Positions 26,620-39,410 of a stretch of DNA of 64,000 nt are shown in pieces (the stretch's first letter is position 1; each line of letters opens with the position of its first letter). The notes beneath the pieces are model-generated. The model worked only from the letters and a program-made list of their open reading frames with translations. It ran no database searches and was not told the DNA's origin. The position numbers were made by a program, and so were the translations under genes. Source of the stretch: Takakia lepidozioides (lineage: Eukaryota; Plantae; Bryophyta); the NCBI GenBank assembly GCA_030704615.1, contig CM060731.1, positions 94,364,001 to 94,428,000 of the forward strand, written 5' to 3'.

Positions 26620-27770
26620 TAGCTGGGAGTGCCATGATTGCAGGATATGGGCAGCATGGGGATTGGATCTATGAGCAAATGTTGCAAGAAGGGATGAAGC
26701 CCAACCACATCACATTCATTTGCATTTGTGCAAATGCATGTACAAGCCTGGCAGCCCTGCAAAATGGCAAGAGGTCTATGGTGACATCATCAAAGCTAGA
26801 ATTGTACCAGATGTCATTTGGAAGGAAGGAGGCAGTTCAACACTTCTTTTGTCTCTCTCTTGCAATGCATGTGCAAGCTCGGCATACGTGGGAAAAGGAA
26901 AAGAGCTCCATGGTGACATCGTCAAAGTTGGAATCATTCCACATGTCATTTTGAACTGATGAAAATGTGTGCCAAACATGGGAGCATTGAGGATGCAAAG
27001 GGGTGTTTGAGAATACGGCTAACGAGATAATGGGGTGTTATGGAACTCGATGATTGTAGGATATGCCTCTCATGGGTGAAAAGCTAAATGTATTCTAAAA
27101 TTTTGGCATGGTTGGAGCTCGAGTCATCATCCCACATGACAGATGCGTATAGTCAGGTAGGCCTAACAACATTGCTAAGCACAGTCCTTTTGACTTCAGT
27201 TTTCTAATCCCTTTATAGTAGACTGATTTTGTTTGTCTAACTGTCTGTGGGTGAAACACAGATAGCTGTTGTGAGAGCAGAGTCTGGTTATAGTTCTAAG
27301 TCCATGTACGCTATGGAGTTCCAGGCAGGGACACAATAGGTTGATACAGTTAATTCCCATGTCACAGACGGTGATTTCTTTCTCAAAATGTAGCAAGAAG
27401 CATGTCCTTTGAAGGAGACTTCTCTTTTTTATGTGTGGAGGTTTGTATGGAAGTTCTGAATCATGCAAAATGGTAGGGTTGAATCATAGTTTGTTGGACT
27501 TCAGACTGGTGGAAGGGGGTATCATCTTTAATATTAAACATGCATGCCAAATGTGGGAGCATAACATATGCTCATATATTGACCTGCAGTATGCCTAAAC
27601 AGATGTGGTCTCGGAGTAAAATGAACACTGATATGATTGTTGTGGGTATATGCAGAAGTATGTTGAGGCCAAATATCGGAAGGGTGATTCTGAATAGGTT
27701 TTCGTCATATGTCTTTTGAATGCAGCTTGTGCCAGCCTAGGAAAGAGATGAAGACATCATGCAAGCTAGG
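26620..27770 (+). pseudogene. PLS-class PPR gene fragments
   Basis: SWSAMIAGYGQHG, MLQEGMKPNHITF, GKELHGDIVKVG, WNSMIVGYA and MHAKCGSI; many frameshifts. Confidence 0.8.
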
Positions 27771-28479
27771 GTTGTATTATGTATAGTCTGGAGAATAGCA
27801 AGTTAGGTGTAAAACCATATGCGACAGTTTTTTTTTAAAGTTCCAAGCATGGTCGTTACGGACTCATGAGTTTGTGCGAAGTATGGGACGGTTTTGAGGT
27901 ATTGTCTTCATACAATGTCACGTGTTCTTCATCATGTTTATTTCTTTTCGTGCTTTGATGGGATGCCCTGTATGTTCTCCAGTCTCAATCACATCCGCAA
28001 TGGGATGATCAGTGGCTGTTGTGGATTGTGTTGTGTTGTTATTCGGAGATAGTAGAAATAGTATTGCACATGTATGAACCATAAGCCGCAGCCCCCAAGT
28101 CACTGCAACCACTAGGAGTGCCTGGTTCCCAACCCACAGTCGATGTATATCACAAGTGAAGTAGTGCATTTCAAACCTCCAGTTGCATCTATCACTTCAA
28201 CACTCTAGTTGTCGACTCCACTTGCAAGTCGTAAAGGCAACCGGCAGACAACTTATTGCGCCACGCGGTGTGGCCTCAGGCCTGCACGTGGCCACATTTA
28301 CGATAGAGAACACGTGGCATTTTGCCGCATAGCCACGCGGCTGTATTTCCAACGTAGTCACCGTGGGGAAGTCGCACCCCCCGGGTCAAAAGTCCACTTG
28401 GTCAAGGTCCAAGATTCAGTCAACGCCGCGCACGGCGCTGCCACGTGGGCCCCCTACAAAAATTGAGCCGCAGTCGGCG

Positions 28480-28642
28480 GAACGACTGACCAAAACCACT
28501 CCGACCACGTCATGATTGAAACAACTGGGCTGTCCGAAGAGACTAGTCTATTGGCACTCCGAGTTGCCCAGTCGTTTTTTGTCTACAACGACTCACTTTG
28601 CAGTTATTTCGCCAGTCGTTAAATCAACGATTCCTTGTAGTG
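28480..28642 (-). mobile_element. CACTA terminal inverted repeat with subterminal repeats
   Basis: TTCCTTGTAGTG at 28631-28642 is the reverse complement of CACTACAAGGAA; adjacent ACGAC/GTCGT repeats. Confidence 0.6.
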
Positions 28643-29169
28643 TGAGTAGAGTATTGGAGTTGTGTAGTGGTCAATGTTTGGTAGCCAGTCTATGCCAGAG
28701 GGGTGAGCCCTGTGGGGTATAGGCTGCTTGGGAAGTGTGGGCCAGTAATGTAAAGGCCGTGTGCTTTGTTTGCTTCGTGGCAAGAGTACATATGAGGAAC
28801 ATATGTGTGACATTGGTGGGGGTCTTGTCATAAAGCCTGTAAAATGGAGGAGAGAGTTAGTACCAGAGGCAGAAAATGGTGTGGGTGTGCCACAGGTTGT
28901 ACCGTAAAGTGGGATGATGTAACAAACCAAAGAGGGAGGTATAGAGGGCAAGCAATGATTAATGGGGTTGTGGGGGTGGTTGCTGGGGCTATGGATGTTA
29001 TTGGCAAAGGTCGGCAGTGAGTGAGCAGTAGATATAAGGGGGCAAGGAGTTGAAGATGGAGGTGGGGGCCAAGATAGAAGCAGTATAAGAGAAGAAATAG
29101 TAGACAAGCCAGGGAGGTTCACTGTGTGACTATGGGTTGTGGAATGAGGAGCTAAGGGCTTAGAACCCA

Positions 29170-31330
29170 AGGTGAGAACACATGGACACGTACTTGCGAC
29201 CCCTAGTTGATGGAGCTATGGAGGGGGGTCCCGACATTGGATGCTTCACTTGACCTTATGGCCGGACAATCATTTCAGATTAGAGGCATCTTGCTTTGGA
29301 TAATGCATGATTATCCAGGTATATTATGTTCCCCATGAAGAACCTGCGTACAGTTACTTGTCAAGGGATAATATCGATGAGGATTGGGATTGATTAAAGT
29401 AGCGGTGACAGTCTTGTGCACCGTAGTGGTGTGGATGGCACTATGGGCCATGCACATGGCAATTTTTTGTCTTTGCTAATGTGGCGGGATGTGTACAGGA
29501 CTAACTGTTTGCTCAGGGCTGAGCACCAAAGGGTACCACGCATACCTGCATTGTGGCAATGAACTTGATGCATATAGCTCCCGCCATCTTTGCCAGATGG
29601 TGTATCCCAACTACCGCAAGTTTCTTCCTATGAGCCAACCATGGAGAAGAAAAGACAAACACTTGTTTGATGGCAAAGAGGAGGTACGTCCCCCCCCTGT
29701 GACACCATCCGGGCAGTTTTGGGAAGACCGATGGAAGGAGGCCCATGCGGAGGGGTCCGATGAAGTGGAGGTAAAGCGACTTTCAATCTTTTACGAGTTG
29801 CCATATTGGGTGGTACATATTCCACAAAAACACCATCAATATCATTATGCATGCATGTGATATTGCACATTTTGTATGAGTTACATTGTCACTTTCACGT
29901 CAAAATATTTGTGTAAGTATTTGTGGGCGGGGATATATGTAGGACCTGAAGATTCGCCATTTTCTAAATCCCATGCATATTGAGAAGAATGTTTGTTCGT
30001 CTTTTTCTCGGGTTGTTCATGGCATACCGGCAAAAGAAGGGAGTGGCTGCAAAAAGAGATTCTCTCAATGTTAGAAAGGAGCTTGAGGAGCAGGGTCGCA
30101 TGCCCCATCTATGGGCCTCAGAAAATGGTGTGGACCCAAAGGGTGTTGTACGGTGGAAGTATAGGCTCGCACCTTGGCAATAGACAAAGGAGGAATACAA
30201 GAAAGTGATAGCCACCATAAGTGTTGTCCAAACACCAACTGGTTATGGGTCATCCCTCCATACGAAGTTCAGCGAAGACGGGGTCCATGGTTTGAAGTCT
30301 CATGACTACCACAATATTTTGCAAGACATCTTGCCCAAATTGCAGTATGTCGGACATTGACTCCCGAGGTTCGCGAGACAATCTATAGATTGGGAGGCTT
30401 ATTCCGGTGGATTTGCTCCAAAGAGTTGGAGGAAGCAGATTTTCCACGCATGAAGAAGGAGGCGGCGGAGGTAATGTGTATGTTGGAGATGCACCTTCCT
30501 CCCTCCTTCTTTGACATCCAAGTGCACTTGGTAGTGCACTTAGTGGAAGAGGCTTCCATTGCCGGCCCCATTCATTCTCGGTGGATGTACTTCCTTGAGC
30601 GTTATATGAAGACTTTGAAAGCATTTGTAAGACAAATGGCGCATCCAGAGGATAGCATGACGGAGGGGTATATGTCGCAAGAAGCTATGTTCTATTGCAT
30701 GGAGTACATGGCAAGGGTGGATGAGGAAGCCCCTCGGATGTGGAAGGAAGAGGAGGATGCACGAACCAAGGACATCGTTTTGCCCAAAAAGTCGAAGAGG
30801 GTAAAATTGCCGATCACTGTGATTGAGCAAGCGCATGAGTTCATACTGAAGAACAACCCATCCATACATGAGTGGGAGGCAAGATACAATAACCTTGTTT
30901 AACAGCGACATGAGGAGACGGTTGCGTGGAGGCGGAACTATGCAAGGGAGACTAGACGCGCTCCATGAGCAAGGGGCCGACGTGGAAATGTTTCTTCACA
31001 AGATTTGCCCATGGAATTGCAGCCTCTAAGTTCATTCCGCCATTGGCTTTGGCATAATGCTGATGTTGGCCGAGGTTGGGTAGAGGGGGTACAAGAGGAT
31101 GATGACGCCCCGGAGAATGCATCCCGGACCCTATATGATGAGGCTCCATCAGATGTGGATGTTGGAGAAGAAGATGAAGACATGGTCATTGAAAAGAGAT
31201 GGAAGATGATTCAGACGTGCCTTTTGCTGACCCAGCCATTTATGACGATGACTCCGATGACAAAAAGATTTGCAGTTTGATGAGGACGAAGAAGCTCTAG
31301 ATGATGATGTTCAAGTTGATTAGACACGTA
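29170..31330 (+). pseudogene. CACTA (En/Spm) TnpD-like transposase, 5'-truncated and disrupted
   Basis: MDTYLRPLVD, LLWIMHDYPG, GLSTKGY, KRLSIFYELPYW, MHIEKNV, GLKSHDYH and LPPSFFDIQVHLVVHL..GPIHSRWMYFLERYM (Transposase_21/DUF4218-type motifs). Confidence 0.9.
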
Positions 31331-31472
31331 ATCAAAGCTACATAATAATTCTCACACAGGATTGTAATACCCATCCCTTCGATTGATTACATAGGTACAT
31401 GCATGTAGCTTATTTCTATGATTGATCAATGGTCTTGCAATAATCTCTCTTTTTCTCTCTCTCTCGTCCCAG

Positions 31473-31785
31473 GTTTATTTCTCTCGAGATCAGATCAAAC
31501 TATCATGGGCACTCTCAAAGATTGCTCGTCTTGGAAGGCTCACATGGCCAACACTGGAAGGTCGACATAAGCAGGTCTAGACGTTGTGAGAGCGAATGTT
31601 GTTTTGTGGTTCTAGGCTGGAGGGAATTTGCATTCGACAACGACATCAAAATCGGAGACCAGCTTGTATTCACTCTCGTTTCACACTCTCGTTTTACCGT
31701 CGAGTGTTTGACAAGTTTGGCAAACGAAGACAAGCAACTCCATCACCTAGGGAGTATCCTTGGAGCCAGTGTAGCTACGGTGTGA
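31473..31785 (+). pseudogene. B3 DNA-binding domain exon or fragment
   Basis: LVLEGSHGQHWKV..GWREFAFDNDIKIGDQLVFTL..FTV is the B3 signature; preceded by a pyrimidine tract and CAG. Confidence 0.75.
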
Positions 31786-32144
31786 GCCCAGCCCCGTGCC
31801 TGGAGCTGAGCTCACGTTGTAGCTGCAAAGCGTGAGCGGCACAAATCTGCTGGAGAAGCAGGTCCTATAGGCGAGGATTGCAGGAAGAGGGCCTATTGCC
31901 GTGGACAAAACAAAATGCACCATGTCTGCAATGCCTGCACAAAAAGAGGAATATGAAAATATGGCAGATTTGAGCTCAGAATGATTGACACACTTTATTT
32001 CAATTCACAGATAGACGCTTACAATGAATGGCATGTGCATTTGCCTTGGTTCCGCGAACGAAATGTATGTGTTTGTCCTAAATGCAAAGTCTTTACACGG
32101 TAACCTGGAAACCAGCATGGGAAGCGGGCATGGCTCGTATGTGT

Positions 32145-35100
32145 TCAAAGAGAATTTGGCAGAGCCCTACGTGAGGTGTCCCGCTGCAGAAGGGTGATTA
32201 CTTCTCCGTAGCCTAGTGTGGCTTGGTGAATGAATTGGTCTCTCTTACCGTCGCAACACATAATTACAAGGTATATATAATATTGATGCTTGCAGGGGAC
32301 CCACTTCCCTCTCATGCCGAGAGCGCCCTCACGCATCGTTACAAAATCCGGACAAGTGCACGTAGGGAAATTCCCCACGGTAACCTGATATTCTTTGCCA
32401 TGAAGAACTGAGCCAATAGACAGCACTGTGTAAATCCGTCCATACCCCAGGGCAGGGACTTCAGTGATACGAGTCACCCGAACCTGCAAAATTCTAGCTG
32501 ATTCCATCTTGCATTCGTGATCTGCACCCGAAGCGACACGACGCACTGTTTTTCCATCTCTTTTTGTTGGGTGGGAGTTGGCACCGAGTGGAGGCATTGC
32601 CGGAGCATGTGGCACATCTGTGCCGACAGTGCATGAGGGCACCACCCGGGACCGTGCAAGACAGAACCCTCCCTCCTCCAGCATGCTTATCTCGGTTGAT
32701 GACAACGACGTCCCAAGTTTCAAAGGCCAAATTGCGGGGGGAGGGGGCTTCATTATCACCGAAGGACGAACTGTTCCCTTGACGCATCGTGCCATATCGT
32801 CTGGGCAGAACCAAAACTTGTGGTCCTTTGACTCCCCACTATGATAAGGTCGGAACAACCCTGTGAATGTTGGAGCTGGAGTCCCCCTGGAGCCTTTGCA
32901 TATTTTTGATTTGCATTTCTTGAAAGAGGGGTCCCGAATTGCCATGCAAGCCACTCTAGATCATGGTGGGGTGCGTTCTATATGCCACTCACTATCAATG
33001 CAATCAGATTCATGCACCATGGCCACCACCTCCTCCAATGGGATTCCTGCTGCTGTGCTTGCATGATCTGCACCTGCTCCACTGGAGGAGGACCCACCTG
33101 GGAAGGGGCGGGCACACGACTTAGTCTGCACTAGAGACACCCTTGGTACAGAGAAATTGACCCTGTCCGGCCAATGGGAATCTCCATCCGACCCTGGAGG
33201 AGTGTTCAATTTCCTTTTGGATGATCCAAATCTTTCCTCGCCTTCCAAATGGAGGAGCCTGGATTGCAAAGGGGAGCCTTCAGTGCACCTATTTAGAGCT
33301 CTGGCCATCTTCGATGGGTCTCCGGACCTACTCGCAGCCCTTAGCGTCAACAAAGTTGTATCGGGGCCCTTGCCTCCGCCCCGTCCCATCAGAAAATTGC
33401 GGTACCTGGTTTGTTGTGTAAGTGCCCGCACCATGTCATCAGCACTGGCCACATACAAGTTATGTCCTGCTTTGGTAGACTGCTGCATCCAGGCGTTGTG
33501 AACAGTCTCCGCCAAATTACAGGATGGCATGTCGGCCAAGTCCTCCAAGCACATGTCCTGCAGGAGGCATTGCATGGAAATGTGAGGAACGAAAGGAAAT
33601 GGAAGAGGTTCTGCAAGTGACAATCCACCAACCCCAAATGAATAGGCATGATGCAAAGTAAAATTTGTGTTTCTGGGATTGAAGAGGCTTACCGTCGTCA
33701 TGAAAGCTCCCCACTGTCTATACCTGAAGTGCCAGAAAACCAACCAGTCCTCCAACTCCTTCAGGTGGATACCAGTAGCAGCACCAGAGGAGAACCACCA
33801 AGCCCGGATTGCTTGGTAAGTGCTCTCAGCTTCTCCCATTGAGGTGGCATTTTTGTACTTGAGACATAGCCTTCTGTGCTCCAACTGAAGGTCAGGGCGA
33901 ATGCAGCGCTTTGTATGACGTGCCAGAGATTGACTCCAATGGAAGAGGCATGTGCACTCCCTATTTTCCATTGGGACCTTAGGATCCCCCGAACCAAACA
34001 CGCGCCGCACTGCATTGAAATTTGCCTGTGCACTATCAGCCATGAAGCCCGCAAAATTTGTGTTCTGTATTCCATTGCGCTGCATGACGGCCGGGAGCAA
34101 ATTCCACATGAGCATCTGGGATTCAGTGTCCTCCGACTGCATATCACAAATTTCTATGGAGAGCACACGTTCGTACGCTGGATCGTACACATGGCACGCC
34201 ATGGTTGTCCAACCCTTCACCCGTTTGCAGTGATCAAACATTAACAAACATTTTGCCAAATCTCCTCCAGATTGCATTCGGCGGACAATGCTCACACCAC
34301 TGCCTTTGCCCACTGTGGACATCTTGAACAAATATACCTTGGACGAGCCCTGGCCAGGGAAGATACTGTTTTGAATGAATTCATAGCGACTCCTCCGTTT
34401 GAGGTCCATAATGTTGTCCATGAATCCAGCAGTGTCTGTGCCCATTCTGAGTGCATTCACCTGGTTTCGAATATTGGGAGAGCTCAACACGGAGAAATGG
34501 TCCATCACTGCCTCAAGCGAATCTGCATCCAGCATTGGTTGTGTCGCATCCCCTTCACCCAGTATGTGTTTTTCCAGGAATGCCTTGCTAGTTGCAAGCG
34601 CTATAGCAGAAGGTGTTGCACAAGGGGCATTGTGGAACTCCTGCTTTAGCAGATTTCTAGCGATGTCCACGCTATCCCTGCAACTTCCTTTGGACACAAG
34701 ATGCTCGTGTGTACCCATATGAATGCAGGCACGAGTCATTGTCTTGCATTGGTGTGCCACCTGGTACATACGAGCATGGCACACAGAAACACAAGACGGG
34801 GAAAGTTTGCAGAACCTGCACACAAAAATATTGGTCTTGGGAGGGGCAAGCCCTGGGGTGAAAGGATTTAGGGGCACACCTTCCCACTCACTTTCGTTTG
34901 GTTTAGCGCTGTTTCTCAGGCGAGGGCAAGAAATATTCACGCACTTACAATGCCCAACGCAGACCGACCTTCAAAATTTCAATCCAATGTCGTTGTGGAT
35001 GTTCGACGTTTTTGTCCTGCACCAAGGGTGTCCGTCATTTTTCTTGTCCATGCCCTGCAAAAGCCCAGCTAGTCCACTGGAAGACGTGGGAGGGTTGAGC

Positions 35101-35871
35101 TCAAACAAGATGTCCCCATCAAACTCTGCTGGCACGTATTGAACCCGCTGCACACGAAGGGACTCCCAATCAACAAAACGCAGCTCGCTCTTGCACCCCT
35201 GCGAGGGCTTTCAATTTCGGAATGACACTCGTTATCTCCTGCAACTCGTCATCATCCAAGAATGGAGTCTGCATTGGCGGAGGAATCTCATAAACATCCT
35301 CCGAGGACGAGTCTGAAAGAGTCACGAATGTAGTGGATGTGCTCACCTCTTGTTTCACATGAACTGTGCCCTTCTGCTACACGACCGATGCTGCAGTGCC
35401 AGGGGTAACTACTGATCCTGCTGATTGTCTTCTCTCTTTTCCAAGGACCTGGTATGTGCCTAGAAGGACTCTCCACTTCCTACCACACTCGCCAACCAAT
35501 GGTTTCTCCAAGTGCCCAAAATCCAAATTCCCATCCTCGTCATACACCTCTTTTTGAACAAGCAGAGAACCCAATTCCAGAGAGAACATTGTAACCAGCT
35601 CATCCTCATGAACAACTGCAAACCCATCGTCATCTACAGTGGCAGTCAGTGGAAGACTACCTGCATTGGAATGAAATCGAGCGAGTATATCTCGCTCCCT
35701 GGACATGTTTTCGTACACTGACAGAAAGTTGCGATTCACAGAGGAATCCCCGAACTGATAGCCCATAATTCTCGAAAGGGGATCCACCCCAAACAAACTG
35801 AGGTCAAAAACGGTAGCACTGACCCAAAGATTGCAGGCAATACATGCAAAGGATGTAGGAATGACATGCAC
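32145..35871 (-). pseudogene. MULE-like transposase copy 3, most complete: GCM-like domain, DDE core, SWIM finger
   Basis: DGHPWCRTKT..C.G..C..C..CRFC..C..IHMGTHEH, FDHCKR..HVYD, GFMADSAQAN, CTCLFHW, LAETVHNAW and PTCTCPDF..CKHQYY. Intron at about 33560-33691; internal stops. Confidence 0.85.
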
Positions 35872-37019
35872 CGAACTTCGCAGACAGCCACACTGAGAGA
35901 CACCAACTAGAAAAAATGTTTTCTAAGATAAGAAGCCACAAGAAGCCGTGCTGTATTTGGATGAAAAACAAACCCTGAACATGACATAAAATCATCCATT
36001 ATGGAAAGACGGCAACAACCCTGGAGAGCAGTAAAGAGGAAGACCCCGAATCTAATGAGGTTGTGTTGTGTTAGAAGAGCACAACACAAACACTAACACT
36101 CCGGGAGACACCTCACATGAGTGTGTGCAACACATGACCATTGTCGACACAACCCTTTATACCGAATGACCCCATTGCGACGGTGACGGCGAAATGCAAA
36201 CCGCAGGGTAGGTCATACAACACACGTGGACGCATATGTGAAGCATAACAATTATTGCAAATCTGCAAGTACTGCTCGAAATTGAACTAGCATTAGATTT
36301 CTACGGCACTTCCGAATTTCAAAGAATGCAAGAAGGCTGCCCATGTATTGGCAGGCGGCGAAGTACATCTGATATATATCACAAGTACATGCAATGGATC
36401 TACTTTTTTTCCACCACTTTATTTCTTGGATAATACAAAGACGCCGAAATGGATGAATTCCGTTCGCACACAATGATGACACCCGCATCCAAATACGGTT
36501 AACAATGTCCAATTCTTACTTTGGTTACATGCCATAGCAACGCTTGTTGCAAACGTCAAACTGGAGAGCTCCAGAGGCAGCGTGGGGAGCCCTTGTTTCC
36601 ACCGGAGGAGGAAGAGAAGGAAGTCGTTATACTTCACGAGCACAAGGGACAGGAATAGAGCCAAATATAGAATGAGGATGGAAAGAGTAGACGAAGAGGA
36701 AAAGGAGGAAGAAGAGGGCAAAGAGGAAAGTCTGGCGATGGAAGAGCAGGAATCTGGAGAAGAACAACAGCCCGCCATACTTCCAAGAACAGGTGAGGAG
36801 GAGACTGAATCCGAGGGAGAGACAGACGCCGAAGATGATATTGATGCTGGCCTCAGGAAGAACCAGATAGTGGAAAAGAGGACGAGGGAGATGCTCTAGA
36901 ACATGCTTGGCGTAGAGAGCAGTGCAAAGCGCAAAGGGTCTCTGGCGATTGGGGAGTCTTCTGGAGCAGCCAAAAAAAAAGTACAATGTTTGAGACCAAC
37001 CTTTGTGCTTCATTGGTGA

Positions 37020-39350
37020 TGTGAACCCCAGTTGTGCTTGTATTTTGATATGAAAACCGCCTATACACGGCATCTCTGGCAGGTTGAATCCACCTCGAAG
37101 TGGAAGCTCAAACAGTGTGCGGCAACGCACACTGTTTGAGCCCCCCATTTTGCTTGTTTTTTGATGTGCAAAACGGCCACATAGGGCCACTATGGCAGGT
37201 TGAATCCACCCCGAATTGGAAGCTCAAACAGTGTGCGGCACCGCACACTGTTTGAGCCCCCCATTTTGCTTGTTTTTTTATGTTCAAAACGGCCACATAG
37301 GGCCACTATGGCAGGTTCAATCCACCCCGAATTGGAAGCTCAAACAGTGTACGGCACCGCACACTGTTTGAGCCCCCCATTTTGCTTGTTTTTTGATGTT
37401 CAAAACGGCCACATAGGGCCACTATGGCAGGTTCAATCCACCCCGAATTGGAAGCTCAAACAGTGTGCGCACCGCACACTGTTTGAGCCCCCCATTTTGT
37501 TTGTTTTTTGATGTTCAAACGGCCACATAGGGCCACTATGGCAGGTTCAATCCACCCCGAATTGGAAGCTCAAACAGTGTGCGTCAACGCACACTGTTTG
37601 AGCCCCCCTTGTGCCTTGTTTTTTGGTGTGGAAATGGTGCACACGGGGCCTCTCTATCTGGTTCAATCCACCCCTAATTCAAAGCTCCAACAGAGTGCGC
37701 CAATGCACACTGTTTGAGCCCCCCTTCTCACTTTTTTTTTCATAATAAAATCGTCCAGACAGGGTATTTCTATGAGGTTCAATCAACAATTTCCTGGCAG
37801 CTCCGGCAGTGTGCGTCAACGCACACTGTTTGAGCCCACCTTGTCATTGTTTTTTTCATTTGAAAATCGGCCACATAGGGCATCTCTTTGAGGTTCAATG
37901 CACACTTACCTGGCAGCTCAAACAGTGTGCTTCAACGCACACTGTTTGAGCCCAACTTGTCATTGAATTGGAAGCTCAAACAGTGTGCGGCACCGCACAC
38001 TGTTTGAGCCCCCCATTTTGCTTGTTTTTTCAAGTTCTAAACGACCACATAGGGCCACTCTGGCAGGTTCAATTCACCCCGAATTGGAAGCTCAAACAGT
38101 GTGCGTCAACGCACACTGTTTGAGCCCCCCTTGTGCCTTGTTTTTATGGTGTGGAAATGGTGCACACAGGGGCCTCTCTGTCTGGTTCAATCCACCCCTA
38201 TTTCGAAGCTCAAACTGTGTGCGCCAACGCACACTGTTTGAGCCCCCCTTCTCATTGTTTTTGGAATAATAAAATCAGGGTATCTCTGTGAGGTTCAATG
38301 AACAATTTCCTGGCAGCTCAAACAGTGTGCGCCAACGCACACTGTTTGAGCCCCCCTTCTCATTGTTTTTTTCATAATAAAATCGTCTAGACAGGGTAAC
38401 TCTGTGAGGTTCAATCCACACTAACCTGGCAGCTCAAACAGTGTGCGTCAACGCACACTGTTTGAGCCCCCCTCGGTATTGTTTCTTGAATGTGAAAATC
38501 GTGCACACAATCGCCTCTCTCTAAGGTTCATTCCACCCCTTTTTGGAAGCTCAAACAGTGTGTGGCATCGCACACTATTTGAGCCCACGCTTGACATTAT
38601 TTTTTCATTTTAGAATCGACCACAAAGGTCATCTCTATCAGGTTCAATTCACACTTACCTGGCAGCCCAAACAGTGTGCGTCAACGCACACTGTTTGAGA
38701 CCCCTGATTTGCTTGTTTTTTAACATGAAAATTGTGCACCTAGGGCCAGTCTGGCAGGTTGAATCCACCCCAAAATGGAAGCTCAAATAGTGTGCGGCAA
38801 CGCACACTGTTTGAGCCCCCTTCACTGACTTTTCTTTTATTTCAAAATCGGCCACTCATGGCCACTATGCCATGTTAAAATCACCCCTTATTGCAAGCTC
38901 AAACAGTGTGCGGCAACGCACACTGTTTGAGCCCCCTTGTCTGCTTGTTTTTTGTTGTGAAAATCGGGCACCTAAGGCCACTCTGGCATGTTGAAATGAA
39001 CCCTTATTGGAAGCTCAACAGTGTGCGGCAACGCACACTGTTTGAGCCCCCTCTCTGCTTGTTTTTCTATGTGAAATTGGGCCAAACAGGGCGAGTATGC
39101 ATGCTCAAAACACCCATAGTTGGTAGCACGAAGAGTGTGCGGCAACGCACACTGTTTGTGCCCCCTTTTTGGCCCCCTCTCTGCCTGTTTGTTTTGTGGA
39201 AATATGCCACATAGGGCCAAATATCATGTTCAAAACACCACTATTTGGAAGCTGAAACATTGTGCGGCAACGCACAGTATTTTTGGCCCCCACACTGCTT
39301 GTTTTCTGATGAGAAATTGGGCCATTTAGGGCCTGTCTGCCATGCTCAAA
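37020..39350. repeat. Tandem array of about 20 units of ~116 bp, each carrying a 36-bp palindrome
   Basis: GCTCAAACAGTGTGCGG-CA-CCGCACACTGTTTGAGC and close variants recur from about 37106 to 39287. Confidence 0.95.
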
Positions 39351-39410
39351 ACATCATCGTTTCATGCCTCTCTCTTATATCAATTTGAATGAACAACTCT
39401 GTAGGAGAAG

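Noticed and set aside
28631-28642. CACTA TIR as the left end of the composite element
   Set aside because: Its orientation makes it the right-hand end of an element lying to its left, and I found no partner TIR.
36582-36899. Glu-rich ORF as a further cargo gene
   Set aside because: Low complexity, short, and without a recognisable domain or clear exon structure.
37108-39329. Short ORFs in the array, and similar ones at 23271-24579 and within the LTRs
   Set aside because: They are translations of repeats or LTR sequence with no protein-like signal.
37020-39350. CRISPR array (36-bp palindromic repeat with spacers)
   Set aside because: The ~80-bp spacers are homologous to one another, there are no cas genes, and the context is eukaryotic. 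It is a tandem repeat.
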